DNA of 28,617 nucleotides from Rickettsiella sp. (GCA_031119195.1 JAVHYG010000002.1:3892-32508), one strand, 5' to 3'; positions 1 through 9,797 are shown, counted from the stretch's first letter. Notes: generated from the letters alone by a model not told the origin. Program-made: numbers and translations.

Positions 1-78
1 CTATAATTTTCTATTAAGGGATAATCGTTAACTTATAATGGCATATTAAATAAACCTTTAACAAAAACTAAAAGTAGC

Positions 79-108
79 ATAGTAATGGCAGCTAGCTGCC
101 ATTACTAT
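79..108. repeat. Perfect 30-bp palindrome upstream of dnaJ (possible terminator or cruciform)
   Basis: ATAGTAATGGCAGCT|AGCTGCCATTACTAT is its own reverse complement; T/A-rich flanks. Confidence 0.85.
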
Positions 109-185
109 TTATAAAAAATTTATTCCACTAACATTTAAAGTCCCAATTTACTCCAAGGGATTTTTTTATCTTTGGCTCTTTATTT

Positions 186-1325
186 ATGGCAAAACATGAT
201 TATTACGATGTATTAGGTATTTCTCGAAATGCCAGCGATAATGAATTAAAAAAAGCGTATCGTAAGCTCGCGATGAAATATCATCCCGATCGAAACCAAA
301 AGGAATCTGACAAAAAAAACGCTGAAGAAAAATTCAAAGAAGCAAAAGAAGCCTACGAGGTTTTGTCCGATCCCAAGAAGCGTGATACCTATGATAAATT
401 TGGTCACGCGGGTATAGAAGCAGGTATGGGGTCTGGTACCGGAGGTTCACGTGGTTTCAACTTCAGTGATGTCTTTGGTGAAATGGGCGACGTCTTTGGT
501 GATATTTTTGGGGGACGAAGCGGACAACAAAGTCAACGTGCCCAACGTGGCGCAGATCTACGTTATACCTTAGAAATTGACTTAGAATCAGCGATTCATG
601 GCACATCAGTAGAAATCCGTATTCCTCGCCTTACAACGTGTAAAAGTTGTGGGGGTTCGGGTGCTCGCAAAGGCAGTCAACCTATCACTTGTAAAACGTG
701 TGAAGGACAGGGCAAAGTTAGAATTCAACAAGGATTTTTCACAATTGAACAAACCTGCCCTGATTGCCATGGCTCCGGTCACACAATTAAAGATCCATGC
801 CCCGTTTGTCGAGGACAAGGTCAAGTACAAGAAACAAAAACCTTATCTGTCAAAATTCCTGCTGGTGTTGATGAAGGAAATCGAATTCGTTTAACCGGTG
901 AAGGTGAAGCGGGATCACAAAGCGCTCCTGCCGGTGACCTTTACATACAAATACATATAAAACCGCATTCATTATTTAAACGTGAAGGTAATCATTTATA
1001 TTGTGATGTACCCATCAGCTTTACACTGGCAATACTAGGCGGTGAAATAGAAATTCCCACGTTAACTGGTGTCGTAAAACTTCATATTCCTCCAGAAACA
1101 CAAAGTGGAAAAATTTTACGTCTACGCGGTAAAGGTGTACCTGGACGCCCTGGTGTAACCGGCGATTTGCTCTGTCGTGTTTTTGTCGAAACGCCTATCA
1201 ATCTCAATAAACAACAAAAAGAATTAGCAAAAGCGCTGGATAAAGAGCTATACAACGGAAATCATTACCCCAAGGCACGTCATTGGTTTGCCAGTGTAAA
1301 ACAGTTTTTCACCAAACAAAATTAA
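186..1325 (+). CDS. dnaJ: Molecular chaperone DnaJ
   Basis: J domain with HPD, G/F-rich linker, four CxxCxGxG zinc-finger repeats, C-terminal substrate-binding domain. Confidence 0.99.
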   Translation: MAKHDYYDVLGISRNASDNELKKAYRKLAMKYHPDRNQKESDKKNAEEKFKEAKEAYEVLSDPKKRDTYDKFGHAGIEAGMGSGTGGSRGFNFSDVFGEMGDVFGDIFGGRSGQQSQRAQRGADLRYTLEIDLESAIHGTSVEIRIPRLTTCKSCGGSGARKGSQPITCKTCEGQGKVRIQQGFFTIEQTCPDCHGSGHTIKDPCPVCRGQGQVQETKTLSVKIPAGVDEGNRIRLTGEGEAGSQSAPAGDLYIQIHIKPHSLFKREGNHLYCDVPISFTLAILGGEIEIPTLTGVVKLHIPPETQSGKILRLRGKGVPGRPGVTGDLLCRVFVETPINLNKQQKELAKALDKELYNGNHYPKARHWFASVKQFFTKQN

Positions 1326-1409
1326 CGTGTTGTCTAAACGTTTAATGCTAAAGGCAGGTAAAACCAACATTTGGTTTATTGTCTAGATAGATTATTTTTG
1401 AGAAACTGA

Positions 1410-1580
1410 ATGTATATAAAAATACATGCCTCCAGCAATAGTCAAACACATATAAGTTATGCGCTCGAAAAACTTATTCAAAACGGGTATGATGAAATAA
1501 ATTTTCGAGCACAAAAACACAAGCTGAATGAAATAGAGAAAAATCATGAAGAAAGTTCCTATGACAAACACCGGCGCTAA
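1410..1580 (+). CDS. Possible 56-aa small ORF overlapping the greA start (below the ORF-track cutoff)
   Basis: Hand translation from ATG 1410 gives [56 protein letters not shown], stop TAA 1578-1580; no homology recognised. Confidence 0.2.
   Translation: MYIKIHASSNSQTHISYALEKLIQNGYDEINFRAQKHKLNEIEKNHEESSYDKHRR
1463..1510 (+). promoter_or_regulatory. Stem-loop in the greA leader
   Basis: GCTCGAAAA (1463-1471) pairs with TTTTCGAGC (1502-1510), 35 nt before the greA ATG. Confidence 0.4.
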
Positions 1581-2022
1581 ACATCTAGAGCGAGAGTTAC
1601 ACGAATTAAAAACTATAAAACGCCCGCAAGTAATTGATGCCATTGCGGAGGCACGTGCGCATGGTGATCTCAAGGAAAACGCAGAATATCACGCCGCTAA
1701 GGAATCGCAAAGTTTTATTGAAGGACGCATCGCGGAAATTGAAAATAAATTGGTTGCTGCACAGATCATAGATGTTAGTAAAATTCCGAATCATGGCAAA
1801 GTTATCTTTGGTGCCACTATTCAGCTGATTAACACCAAAACAAACGAAACATTCGCTTACCAAATCGTTGGCGAAGATGAAGCAGATATTAAGCAAAGTA
1901 AAATTTCGGTTGCATCTCCTATAGCGAGGGCACTCATAGGAAAAGAAGAAGGCGATACTGTGGATGTAAAAACACCTGCTGGTTTACTTAATCTAGAAAT
2001 TGATAAAGTCGAATATATTTAA
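1546..2022 (+). CDS. greA: Transcription elongation factor GreA
   Basis: GDLKENAEY motif, N-terminal coiled coil, C-terminal [14 protein letters not shown]; 158 aa. Confidence 0.98.
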   Translation: MKKVPMTNTGAKHLERELHELKTIKRPQVIDAIAEARAHGDLKENAEYHAAKESQSFIEGRIAEIENKLVAAQIIDVSKIPNHGKVIFGATIQLINTKTNETFAYQIVGEDEADIKQSKISVASPIARALIGKEEGDTVDVKTPAGLLNLEIDKVEYI

Positions 2023-2058
2023 TTTTATTACTATTCAATTCTTTAAAAATATTACTAA

Positions 2059-2089
2059 TCAAAAAGAAAGGTATTACCCTCCTTTTTGA
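2059..2089. terminator. Probable bidirectional intrinsic terminator between convergent genes
   Basis: TCAAAAAG..GGT/ACC..CTTTTTGA imperfect hairpin with A-run and T-run arms, between the greA stop and the convergent ORF stop. Confidence 0.6.
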
Positions 2090-2107
2090 CATATAAACTT
2101 AAAAAAA

Positions 2108-2791
2108 TTATCTCTTGAGACCAAGCATAGTAACATTATTATTATAATCTTGTTGTTTTTTTAAAATCTCCATTGTTTCTTGTTGCGTTAACGTAACCCG
2201 TACATATCCACGACGGCTAAGTGCATCTTTTATAAGCTTTGGGTTAATTTCTTTTTTTGCTTCCGCAAAGGGATGTCCTGCAGGTAATAAAATTTCATTC
2301 CTATTTTTATAAAGACGATATTTTTCAATCGGACTAAAAGAAGATGACGTTGGTGTTTGCTTATGAAAAAAAACAGAAGCTACTGAACTACAATTGCTCG
2401 CTACAGAATCTTTTCTCTCTCTTTTTATCGGTGGTACCTGAAGATTTTCAGGGCATACTTGAGATTGTGTGGCTTGATTTTCATCCGTTTTTGTAGAAGA
2501 ACTTATCTGCGGAGAGGCAGAAGGAGTTAACGAATCTTGAACAGATAATTCTTTTTTAAGCTCCATAGGAACTTCTGGCTCAACACCTTTTTTTCCCGAT
2601 TGCACCCAACCTACATAACCCCAATAGTAAGCTCTATATTGGGTAGGTAGACCATACCATTTCTCATCAGATAATGGAAAATTTTGACCTTTTTCTTTTG
2701 CCTGCTTAATGTCTGAAATTTCTTCATCAGTAAATCCTAACCTTTCTTTGAAAGCTGCTTCTATATTAAGCTTTTTTTCTTGTTCTACCAT
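2108..2791 (-). CDS. Hypothetical protein, 227 aa (candidate secreted effector)
   Basis: Intact ORF; aromatic N-terminal motif (WYGLPTQYRAYYWGYVGW), Ser/Thr/Gln/Pro-rich linker; PmrA-like box upstream; no family recognised. Confidence 0.75.
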   Translation of the reverse strand: MVEQEKKLNIEAAFKERLGFTDEEISDIKQAKEKGQNFPLSDEKWYGLPTQYRAYYWGYVGWVQSGKKGVEPEVPMELKKELSVQDSLTPSASPQISSSTKTDENQATQSQVCPENLQVPPIKRERKDSVASNCSSVASVFFHKQTPTSSSFSPIEKYRLYKNRNEILLPAGHPFAEAKKEINPKLIKDALSRRGYVRVTLTQQETMEILKKQQDYNNNVTMLGLKR

Positions 2792-2869
2792 AAAAAACCT
2801 TATAACAAATTATTTTTCATAAACTCCTTTTAATAAAAAAAATAAAAAATAAATTAAGAAATCCTTGTA

Positions 2870-2907
2870 ATGCTAGATTAACGCTTTATACTTAAGCGGA
2901 TATTAAA
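2870..2907 (-). promoter_or_regulatory. PmrA-type direct-repeat box plus -10 hexamer for the 2108-2791 gene
   Basis: Minus strand tTTAA-ta-tc-cg-cTTAA (2907-2892) resembles the Legionella/Coxiella PmrA consensus cTTAA-N2-TT-N2-cTTAA; TAGCAT (2875-2870) lies 16 nt downstream. Confidence 0.55.
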
Positions 2908-3079
2908 TATAACAATTAATTTTTATATAATGAAAACGGTTTTAATAAGAAAATGATGTTGCTGCATAAATAGCTCACAAGTCTCGTCGTCTTACGCAAA
3001 ACCTTAGACGGCGAATGAGGAAGAATTACAGATACAATACTTGTACTATTTAATTTATATTATAAAAGGATTTTAAATT

Positions 3080-3817
3080 ATGGGTATGCTCGCTTCCGCT
3101 GTTATTGCTGCTAGAACCAGAAAAAACAATCAAAATTACGCTTTCTCTTCTCAGTTTAACAAAGAAAAAGTTTCCTCAAACACTAACTGGCTCAAAGAGC
3201 ATTCACCACAAATATTACTTCATGTAAATGAGACTCTTCTTAAAAATATTTACTCTGAAATTAATTGTATTTTAGCTAAAAATATAAGTGAACCTGAATT
3301 AAAAAACGCTTATTTAACACTTATTCATAGTTTATCTATGTATCAAACTAAAGCTGAAAATATTTTTTTTAAAAAGAACTACTTAAAATCTCACGCATTA
3401 TTCTTTACTATTATGTTTGCATTATCCCTACTTATTTTTTTCTGTATATCCATAATCTACCCTGTTATGTTTCCTTTAATGGGGCTTTCTTTTTTATTTT
3501 GTGTCGGTTTTATTGGTGTATCGCTTTATTCAAGCTATAAGCTGCAAAAAAAACATCCTACAAATGAAAGTGAGCTCAACATGCACTTTGAAACTTTTAT
3601 ACATACGTTTGAAAAATTCGCAAATAAAAGGCCAAATAACTTCCAAGCTGATCTAGTACAACTGAATGAACCTAAACATTCACACATCAACACACCAGAA
3701 ATCAGTATCAATGCAGCAAATTTAAAAAATAAAACTTCGTTTTTTAAATTTAGCGATTCAGCTGAGGAATGTCCAACAGTAATGGAGCAAGAAAAAATAG
3801 GGTACAAATTAAGCTAA
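3080..3817 (+). CDS. Hypothetical membrane protein, 245 aa (two adjacent TM helices; candidate effector)
   Basis: AAAGGA SD before ATG; hydrophobic hairpin ALFFTIMFALSLLIFFCISIIYPVMFPLMGLSFLFCVGFIGVSLY; Glu-rich C-terminus TSFFKFSDSAEECPTVMEQEKIGYKLS. Confidence 0.8.
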   Translation: MGMLASAVIAARTRKNNQNYAFSSQFNKEKVSSNTNWLKEHSPQILLHVNETLLKNIYSEINCILAKNISEPELKNAYLTLIHSLSMYQTKAENIFFKKNYLKSHALFFTIMFALSLLIFFCISIIYPVMFPLMGLSFLFCVGFIGVSLYSSYKLQKKHPTNESELNMHFETFIHTFEKFANKRPNNFQADLVQLNEPKHSHINTPEISINAANLKNKTSFFKFSDSAEECPTVMEQEKIGYKLS

Positions 3818-3955
3818 TTGAAAAACTTAACCCAAATTGCCGTGCTTTACACCTAAAGTTTGCTAGTTTAATCTTACTGGAAATCGTTGCCCCGGTTGAC
3901 GTGGCACGGAATTGTCATCTACTGGCTTCGAAGAATTAGGAAAAAAAATAAACCT

Positions 3956-4750
3956 CTAAACTGCCACAGCTGCTTTAATCGAAGGATGGCATTGATAATT
4001 CAGTAATTCGAAATCTTCAAAGCGATAAGCAAAAATAGATGCGGGCTTGCGGTGAATTCTCAATTGAGGTAAACAATACGGTTGTCGCGATAGTTGTAAT
4101 TGCACTTGTTCAAGGTGGTTATTATAAATATGACAATCTCCACCTGTCCAAATAAATTCACCCACCTCTAAATCGCACTGTTGTGCAATCATATGTATTA
4201 ACAATGCATAAGAAGCAATATTAAACGGCACGCCTAAAAACGCATCGGCACTACGCTGGTAAAGCTGACACGAAAGCCGCGCATTCGCGATATAAAATTG
4301 AAAAAGTAAATGACAAGGTGGAAGGGCCATCTGCTCCAAATCCCCCACATTCCACGCACTAACAATTAAGCGACGTGAATCTGGATTTGTTTTTATTTGA
4401 TCCATGAGCTGGCTAATCTGATCAATCACTTGATTACCTGCCGTTTGCCAAGCACGCCATTGTTTACCATACACCGGACCTAAATTTCCCGAAGCATCTG
4501 CCCATTCGTCCCAAATAGTCACGCCGTGCTCATTTAAATAATGCGTATTCGTATCACCTTGTAAAAACCAAAGTAACTCATAAATGATACTTTTAAGATG
4601 TACCCTTTTAGTTGTCACCAAAGGGAAGCCCTGGGTCAAATCAAAACGCATTTGATAAGCAAAACTACTAATAGTACCTGTTCCCGTTCTATCCGTTTTA
4701 CGAATACCGAACTGCAGAATATGACTCAAAAAATTAAGGTAGGTTTTCAT
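3956..4750 (-). CDS. thyA: Thymidylate synthase
   Basis: DRTGTGT, ALPPCH (catalytic Cys), [15 protein letters not shown]; 264 aa. Confidence 0.99.
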   Translation of the reverse strand: MKTYLNFLSHILQFGIRKTDRTGTGTISSFAYQMRFDLTQGFPLVTTKRVHLKSIIYELLWFLQGDTNTHYLNEHGVTIWDEWADASGNLGPVYGKQWRAWQTAGNQVIDQISQLMDQIKTNPDSRRLIVSAWNVGDLEQMALPPCHLLFQFYIANARLSCQLYQRSADAFLGVPFNIASYALLIHMIAQQCDLEVGEFIWTGGDCHIYNNHLEQVQLQLSRQPYCLPQLRIHRKPASIFAYRFEDFELLNYQCHPSIKAAVAV

Positions 4751-4804
4751 AAGCGCATTTTATAGGTTACTATCACATTATTTCTAGTCCTCGTTAAATT
4801 TTTT

Positions 4805-6142
4805 ATGCGAATTAATCTTTTTGGAGCTGGTTATGTTGGTTTAGTCACTGCCGCCTGTTTCGCGGAACAAGGTAATCAGGTTCTTTGTGTCGATATTGAC
4901 CAAGAAAAAGTCAAACGCTTAAAGCAAGGTGAATGCCCTATTCATGAACCCGACCTTCCTTTTTTATTGCAAAAAAATCTAAAAGATGGCCGCATTAATT
5001 TTAGCAGCGATCCTGAAGAAGGCGTTCATCATGGATTTTATCAATTTATTACTGTAGGAACACCGCAAGATGAGGATGGCTCAGCTGATTTAAGCCATGT
5101 TTTAGATGTCGCTGATACCTTAGGTAATATGCTGACCGAACCAAAACTGATTATCAATAAATCTACAGTTCCTGTGGGAACTGCTGATAAAGTAAGAACG
5201 ACTATACAAGAAAAACTTATAAAGCGAAAACTTTCAATTCCATTTGACGTTGCTTCCAATCCAGAATTTTTACGCGAAGGTGCCGCTGTCAGTGATTTTA
5301 TGCGTTCGGATCGCATAATCATTGGAGTAAATAACAATGAAGCGAAAAATCATTTATATCAACTCTATAGACCTTTCAATAGGAACAATGATCGATTGAT
5401 CGCTATGGATGTACGATCTGCAGAACTTACGAAATATGCAGCCAATAGTTTTTTAGCAACCAAAATTAGCTTTATTAATGAGATAAGCCAATTAGCAGAA
5501 CGTTTAAATGCTGATATCGAACAAATACGAATCGGTATTGGCTCTGACCCACGCATCGGGTATCACTTTATTAATCCGGGATGTGGTTATGGCGGATCGT
5601 GCTTCCCTAAAGATGTACTCGCTTTAGAAGCAACAGCTAAAGCAGTTGCTTATACACCGTTGTTAATTAACGCAGTACATAAAGTTAATGACGCACAAAA
5701 ACGTGTCTTATTTAAAAAGATCTCTCGCTATTTTAATAATCACTTAAAGGGAAAAGTGATCGCCTTATGGGGACTCTCTTTTAAGCCAAACACAGATGAT
5801 ATGCGTGAAGCACCAAGCCGTACACTGATCGATGCTGCACTGAAGGCAGGTATGTTTATCCAAGCCTATGATCCAGTCGCTATGCTAGAAGCGCAACGTC
5901 TTTATCAAGCAAATTCAAATTTTAGTTGTTATGAGACTCCAGAAGCTGCCTTGGTAAATGCCGATATTTTGGTTATTGTTACAGAATGGAGTGAATTTTT
6001 TAATCCTGATTTCCAACTTATCAAACGCCGTTTAAAAGAACCCACTATTTTTGATGGAAGAAATCTCTATGATTATCATTATCTAAAGCAGCTAGGCTTT
6101 AATTATTACGGTATTGGAAGAGGAGAAGCATTTATCACATGA
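4805..6142 (+). CDS. ugd: UDP-glucose 6-dehydrogenase
   Basis: GAGYVG Rossmann motif, SNPEFLREG, GYGGSCFPKD catalytic Cys, FKPNTDDMRE. Confidence 0.96.
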   Translation: MRINLFGAGYVGLVTAACFAEQGNQVLCVDIDQEKVKRLKQGECPIHEPDLPFLLQKNLKDGRINFSSDPEEGVHHGFYQFITVGTPQDEDGSADLSHVLDVADTLGNMLTEPKLIINKSTVPVGTADKVRTTIQEKLIKRKLSIPFDVASNPEFLREGAAVSDFMRSDRIIIGVNNNEAKNHLYQLYRPFNRNNDRLIAMDVRSAELTKYAANSFLATKISFINEISQLAERLNADIEQIRIGIGSDPRIGYHFINPGCGYGGSCFPKDVLALEATAKAVAYTPLLINAVHKVNDAQKRVLFKKISRYFNNHLKGKVIALWGLSFKPNTDDMREAPSRTLIDAALKAGMFIQAYDPVAMLEAQRLYQANSNFSCYETPEAALVNADILVIVTEWSEFFNPDFQLIKRRLKEPTIFDGRNLYDYHYLKQLGFNYYGIGRGEAFIT

Positions 6143-7005
6143 AAAAAATTAGCAAAGCTATTTTTCCCGTAGCAGGGTTAGGTACTCGTTTTTTACCTGC
6201 AACTAAAGCAAGTCCAAAGGAAATGCTACCTATTGTTGATAAACCCTTAATCCAATATGCCGTAGAAGAAGCTATTGCCGCAGGCATTACCGAATTAATC
6301 TTTATAACCAGTAGTAGCAAACGCGCTATCGAAGATCATTTTGATTCTAATTACGAATTAGAAGCTAAGCTGGCTAAAGCCGATAAAAATGATTTATTAC
6401 AGATTGTTAAAAATATACTTCCCAAAGGGGCTAGTTGTATTTATTTACGTCAACCCGACACACTGGGTCTTGGTCACGCTGTTCTATGCGCGCAACCTCT
6501 TATCAATGACGAAGCATTTGCCATTTTACTTGCGGATGATCTTATTGACTCTTCTATTCCCTGCTTAAAACAGATGCTAGCAGTTTATAAAGAAAAACAA
6601 AACTCAGTCATTGCGGTACAAGCAATTAAACCACAAGCCAGTGATCAATATGGAATTATTGGCTATAAAACAAAAAAAGATAAGCTCAGTGAAATCGATA
6701 ATATTATAGAAAAACCAAGTATTGAAGAAGCACCTTCTAATCTAGCAGTCGTAGGACGTTATATTTTGACGTCATCTATTTTTTCGTATCTTGCTAAAAT
6801 TAAACCCGGAAAAGGTGGAGAAATTCAATTGACCGATGCTATTTCACGTTTATTAGCCTATGAAACTATGCATGCTTGGGAGTTCGAAGGAACGCGCTAT
6901 GACTGTGGAAGTAAATTAGGTTATCTACAAGCTACCATTGCTTATGCGTTAAAACATCCTGAAATTAAAAAGGAAATTAGAACTTATTTAGAAAATTTTA
7001 AATAA
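6139..7005 (+). CDS. galU: UTP-glucose-1-phosphate uridylyltransferase
   Basis: FPVAGLGTRFLPATKASPKEMLP, LGLGHAVL, EIQLTDA; ATGA overlap with ugd. Confidence 0.98.
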   Translation: MKKISKAIFPVAGLGTRFLPATKASPKEMLPIVDKPLIQYAVEEAIAAGITELIFITSSSKRAIEDHFDSNYELEAKLAKADKNDLLQIVKNILPKGASCIYLRQPDTLGLGHAVLCAQPLINDEAFAILLADDLIDSSIPCLKQMLAVYKEKQNSVIAVQAIKPQASDQYGIIGYKTKKDKLSEIDNIIEKPSIEEAPSNLAVVGRYILTSSIFSYLAKIKPGKGGEIQLTDAISRLLAYETMHAWEFEGTRYDCGSKLGYLQATIAYALKHPEIKKEIRTYLENFK

Positions 7006-7037
7006 TATAATTAAATTTAAAGTTTGAGCTAGGTACC

Positions 7038-7079
7038 AAAAAAAACGAGAATAATGGCGTTTATAGCCATTATCTCGTT
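7038..7079 (-). terminator. Intrinsic terminator for mltD
   Basis: AACGAG(A)ATAATGGC / GCCATTATCTCGTT stem; the A8 run on + gives a U-tract after the stem on the minus strand, just past the mltD stop. Confidence 0.8.
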
Positions 7080-7088
7080 CTGCATCCT

Positions 7089-8354
7089 TTAAGAAAGCAT
7101 AATCCTTAGTTTTTCTCCAGGCTTTAATTGATCCGTCGCAAGCTGGTTCCATTGTTTTAATTTTTTTACCGATACATGATACTGCTTGGCAATTCCCGTT
7201 AAAGTGTCCCCTCGTTTGACGAGATGGACTTGAGTCGAAGTATCAGCGTTTTTATCTTTGGTTTCTATTGTAGACTGATTACTTACTAATTGAACACTCC
7301 CTTTTTTACTTTGCTTTAAAACAGAACCATTGCTAGATAATGCGGCCAAGTGTTTCCTATATAGTGCAACCCTATCAATAGGTAAAGTTAGCTGTCCCTG
7401 TGTCAAAGTAGCCGAGTTATTTTTAACACCTGGGTTTAGCTGCTTAAGCTCTGATAAGTTCATATTTGCCAACTTAGCGGCATGCGTTAAACTTATTGCC
7501 TTTTTCCCTACATCTACTAATTCTAGATAAGGCTTATCACTAATAGCAGGTAAGTCTACTCCATATTTAACAGGATTTTTAACGATCGCAGCCAACGCTA
7601 ATAAACGCGGAATATATGAACGCGTTTCAAAAGCCAATGGCAGTGCCCAGAAATGGGTATTTTTATCGTGCTGCGTATTATGGCGTATCGCATTCTGCAC
7701 GTTACCCTCACCAGTATCGTAAGCTGCAATAGCCAATAACCAGTCTCCACCAAAAAAGCTCTTTAGATAAGTCAAATAATCTAAAGCCGCATTGGTTGAA
7801 CTATAAAGGTCACGGCGACCATCAAAACTTTTATCTTGATGAACACCACGCGCACGTGCTGTACTAGACATAAGCTGCCATAGTCCCGCCGCCCCTGAAG
7901 AAGCATTAGTAGCCGATGGATTATAACCACTTTCAATTATAGGTAATAACACTAATTCGGTCGGTAAATTACGTTTTGTGACCTGCGTATAAATATAATA
8001 CATATAAGGAGCGGCACGGCTAACCGCATCATTCAGGTAAGCCGGATTTTTAACAAACCATCGAATCTGCTCCTGGACGGCAGGCTGATTTTCTTCAGCT
8101 GCTGTTAACTGTAAATGATCTCGAATTGGACCCCACAGCGTTCCTTTATTCACTGCACTATAAAGGGCTTTAGCACTACGAGATTCTAAATTGCCCCCAG
8201 TCGAAAAACTTTGAGCGGCTTTGTCAGGACCGTTTTCGTCCGTCGTCGATGTTACACCTAAAGGGGGAAACTCAACACAAGCTGTTATACCTATTGCTAA
8301 AACAAGCAATAAAGATAATAATAATGTATAAATTTTAAGCGTTTTATAAGTCAT
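7089..8354 (-). CDS. mltD: Membrane-bound lytic murein transglycosylase D-like lipoprotein (SLT + LysM)
   Basis: Lipobox-like IGITAC; SLT motifs LPIIESGY, AAGLWQ, AIAAYDTGEG; C-terminal LysM HLVKRGDTLTGIAKQY; typical position opposite the YafS-like gene and rnhA. Confidence 0.9.
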   Translation of the reverse strand: MTYKTLKIYTLLLSLLLVLAIGITACVEFPPLGVTSTTDENGPDKAAQSFSTGGNLESRSAKALYSAVNKGTLWGPIRDHLQLTAAEENQPAVQEQIRWFVKNPAYLNDAVSRAAPYMYYIYTQVTKRNLPTELVLLPIIESGYNPSATNASSGAAGLWQLMSSTARARGVHQDKSFDGRRDLYSSTNAALDYLTYLKSFFGGDWLLAIAAYDTGEGNVQNAIRHNTQHDKNTHFWALPLAFETRSYIPRLLALAAIVKNPVKYGVDLPAISDKPYLELVDVGKKAISLTHAAKLANMNLSELKQLNPGVKNNSATLTQGQLTLPIDRVALYRKHLAALSSNGSVLKQSKKGSVQLVSNQSTIETKDKNADTSTQVHLVKRGDTLTGIAKQYHVSVKKLKQWNQLATDQLKPGEKLRIMLS

Positions 8355-8398
8355 AATTGAATGTTACGGGGCCTACCTACAGAGGTCAAGCCAAAAGG

Positions 8399-8433
8399 CT
8401 TACATATAGAAAAGGAATCAGCCTATATGTAAG
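8399..8433. repeat. 11-bp inverted repeat with 13-nt spacer in the mltD leader / divergent promoter region
   Basis: CTTACATATAG (8399-8409) and CTATATGTAAG (8423-8433). Confidence 0.7.
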
Positions 8434-8631
8434 TTAAACGCCTACATTTTAATCTTCTCTTTTTTTCTAGCAATAAAGAATAAAAAAATAGCAAAAAAGA
8501 TTTTAAATCCAAGAAAATCCATAAACCTACTCAGCCCTACTAAAGAGCTTTTCGCGTAAGTCTGGCTTGTGCCATAATAAGGCATGGATCTCTTCCCTCA
8601 ATTAAGCTCTTGCTAAAATTGGAAAAATGCT

Positions 8632-9345
8632 TTGAATTACGATAACGCCCTCAAACTTGAGGAGAATCGATTAACAGCTTTGCTGCCTAATTATTCAGGT
8701 CAGCATTTACTACAGCTAGGGGGCTGCAATTTGTTAAGTCTAGTAAAAAGCCCAATTTTACATAAAACCTACATTAGCCATCTCTTCCCACCGAACCTTC
8801 TCAACTACTCTTGCCTACAGAGCACCTACACTGATTTACCCTTTGCCAGCGATAGTATTAACTTTGTTCTTTTACCCCACACTTTAGAATTTGATAAAAA
8901 AAATGCAAAACTTATTCTGAATGAAGCCTGGCGAATATTAACCCCAAATGGCCATTTAATGCTTTTAGGCATTAATCCTTTTAGCCTGTGGGGACTCTAT
9001 CGCCTTTTTTCTTTTAGGAGTTCTTCTGCTTGTGATGGTTACTTTTATAGCATACAAACTATCTGTCAGTGGATTCATTACCTTGGCGGTCAAATATCTC
9101 ACATAGAAAGCTTCTTATTTCGCCCCCCATTTACAAGTAATCCTGGAAGATGGCTATTTTCCAAACTTCTATGGTTAGAGAAATTATCCCCCTGGCTATT
9201 CCCCTACTTAGGAGGAATCTATTTAATTATCGCTCAAAAACAAGTAAAAGGGCTTAATAAATTAGGTCTAATTTGGCAGTTTCCTCAAATCCTAACTGAC
9301 AAAACGGCGCTAGCTCCCAATGCGAGAGGGGTTCACTTTGTCTGA
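8632..9345 (+). CDS. Class I SAM-dependent methyltransferase, YafS-like (5' end possibly interrupted by a stop)
   Basis: [19 protein letters not shown] and [24 protein letters not shown] match the family found next to rnhA; an in-frame ATG at 8584 is cut off by TAA 8614-8616. Confidence 0.85.
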   Translation: MNYDNALKLEENRLTALLPNYSGQHLLQLGGCNLLSLVKSPILHKTYISHLFPPNLLNYSCLQSTYTDLPFASDSINFVLLPHTLEFDKKNAKLILNEAWRILTPNGHLMLLGINPFSLWGLYRLFSFRSSSACDGYFYSIQTICQWIHYLGGQISHIESFLFRPPFTSNPGRWLFSKLLWLEKLSPWLFPYLGGIYLIIAQKQVKGLNKLGLIWQFPQILTDKTALAPNARGVHFV

Positions 9346-9796
9346 ACAAGCTTTCGTAGAAATTTTTACAGATGGGGCCTGTCGAGGGAATCCAGGTCCT
9401 GGGAGTTGGGCAGTACTTCTACGTTATAAGGACAAGGAAAAAATGCTATCCGGTACTGAGCTCAACACTACCAATAATAGAATGGAACTCATGGCCGCAA
9501 TTCAGGCTTTAATAACATTAAAAAAATCCTGTCATGTTTCTTTGAGTACCGATTCGCAATATGTAAAAAAAGGGATTACTGAATGGTTACCACAGTGGGA
9601 AAAACGAGCCTGGAGAACTGCAAATAATCGTCCTGTTAAAAATTGCGATCTTTGGAAACAATTGGTGAAGCAAGCGAGTAGACATAAAATTCAATGGAAA
9701 TGGGTAAAAGGACACAGCGGACATCCTGAAAATGATCGTGTCGATAAACTTGCAAACTTGGCATTAGATAAAATTCTAAAAAAAATCTTAATCTGA
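9338..9796 (+). CDS. rnhA: Ribonuclease HI
   Basis: [38 protein letters not shown] catalytic residues. TTG 9338 (GAGGGG SD upstream) preferred over ATG 9320. Confidence 0.98.
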   Translation: MSEQAFVEIFTDGACRGNPGPGSWAVLLRYKDKEKMLSGTELNTTNNRMELMAAIQALITLKKSCHVSLSTDSQYVKKGITEWLPQWEKRAWRTANNRPVKNCDLWKQLVKQASRHKIQWKWVKGHSGHPENDRVDKLANLALDKILKKILI

Positions 9797-9797
9797 C

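Noticed and set aside
1-185. CIRCE or sigma-32 heat-shock element before dnaJ
   Set aside because: No TTAGCACTC-N9-GAGTGCTAA and no CTTGAA...CCCCAT match; the 30-bp palindrome is unrelated in sequence.
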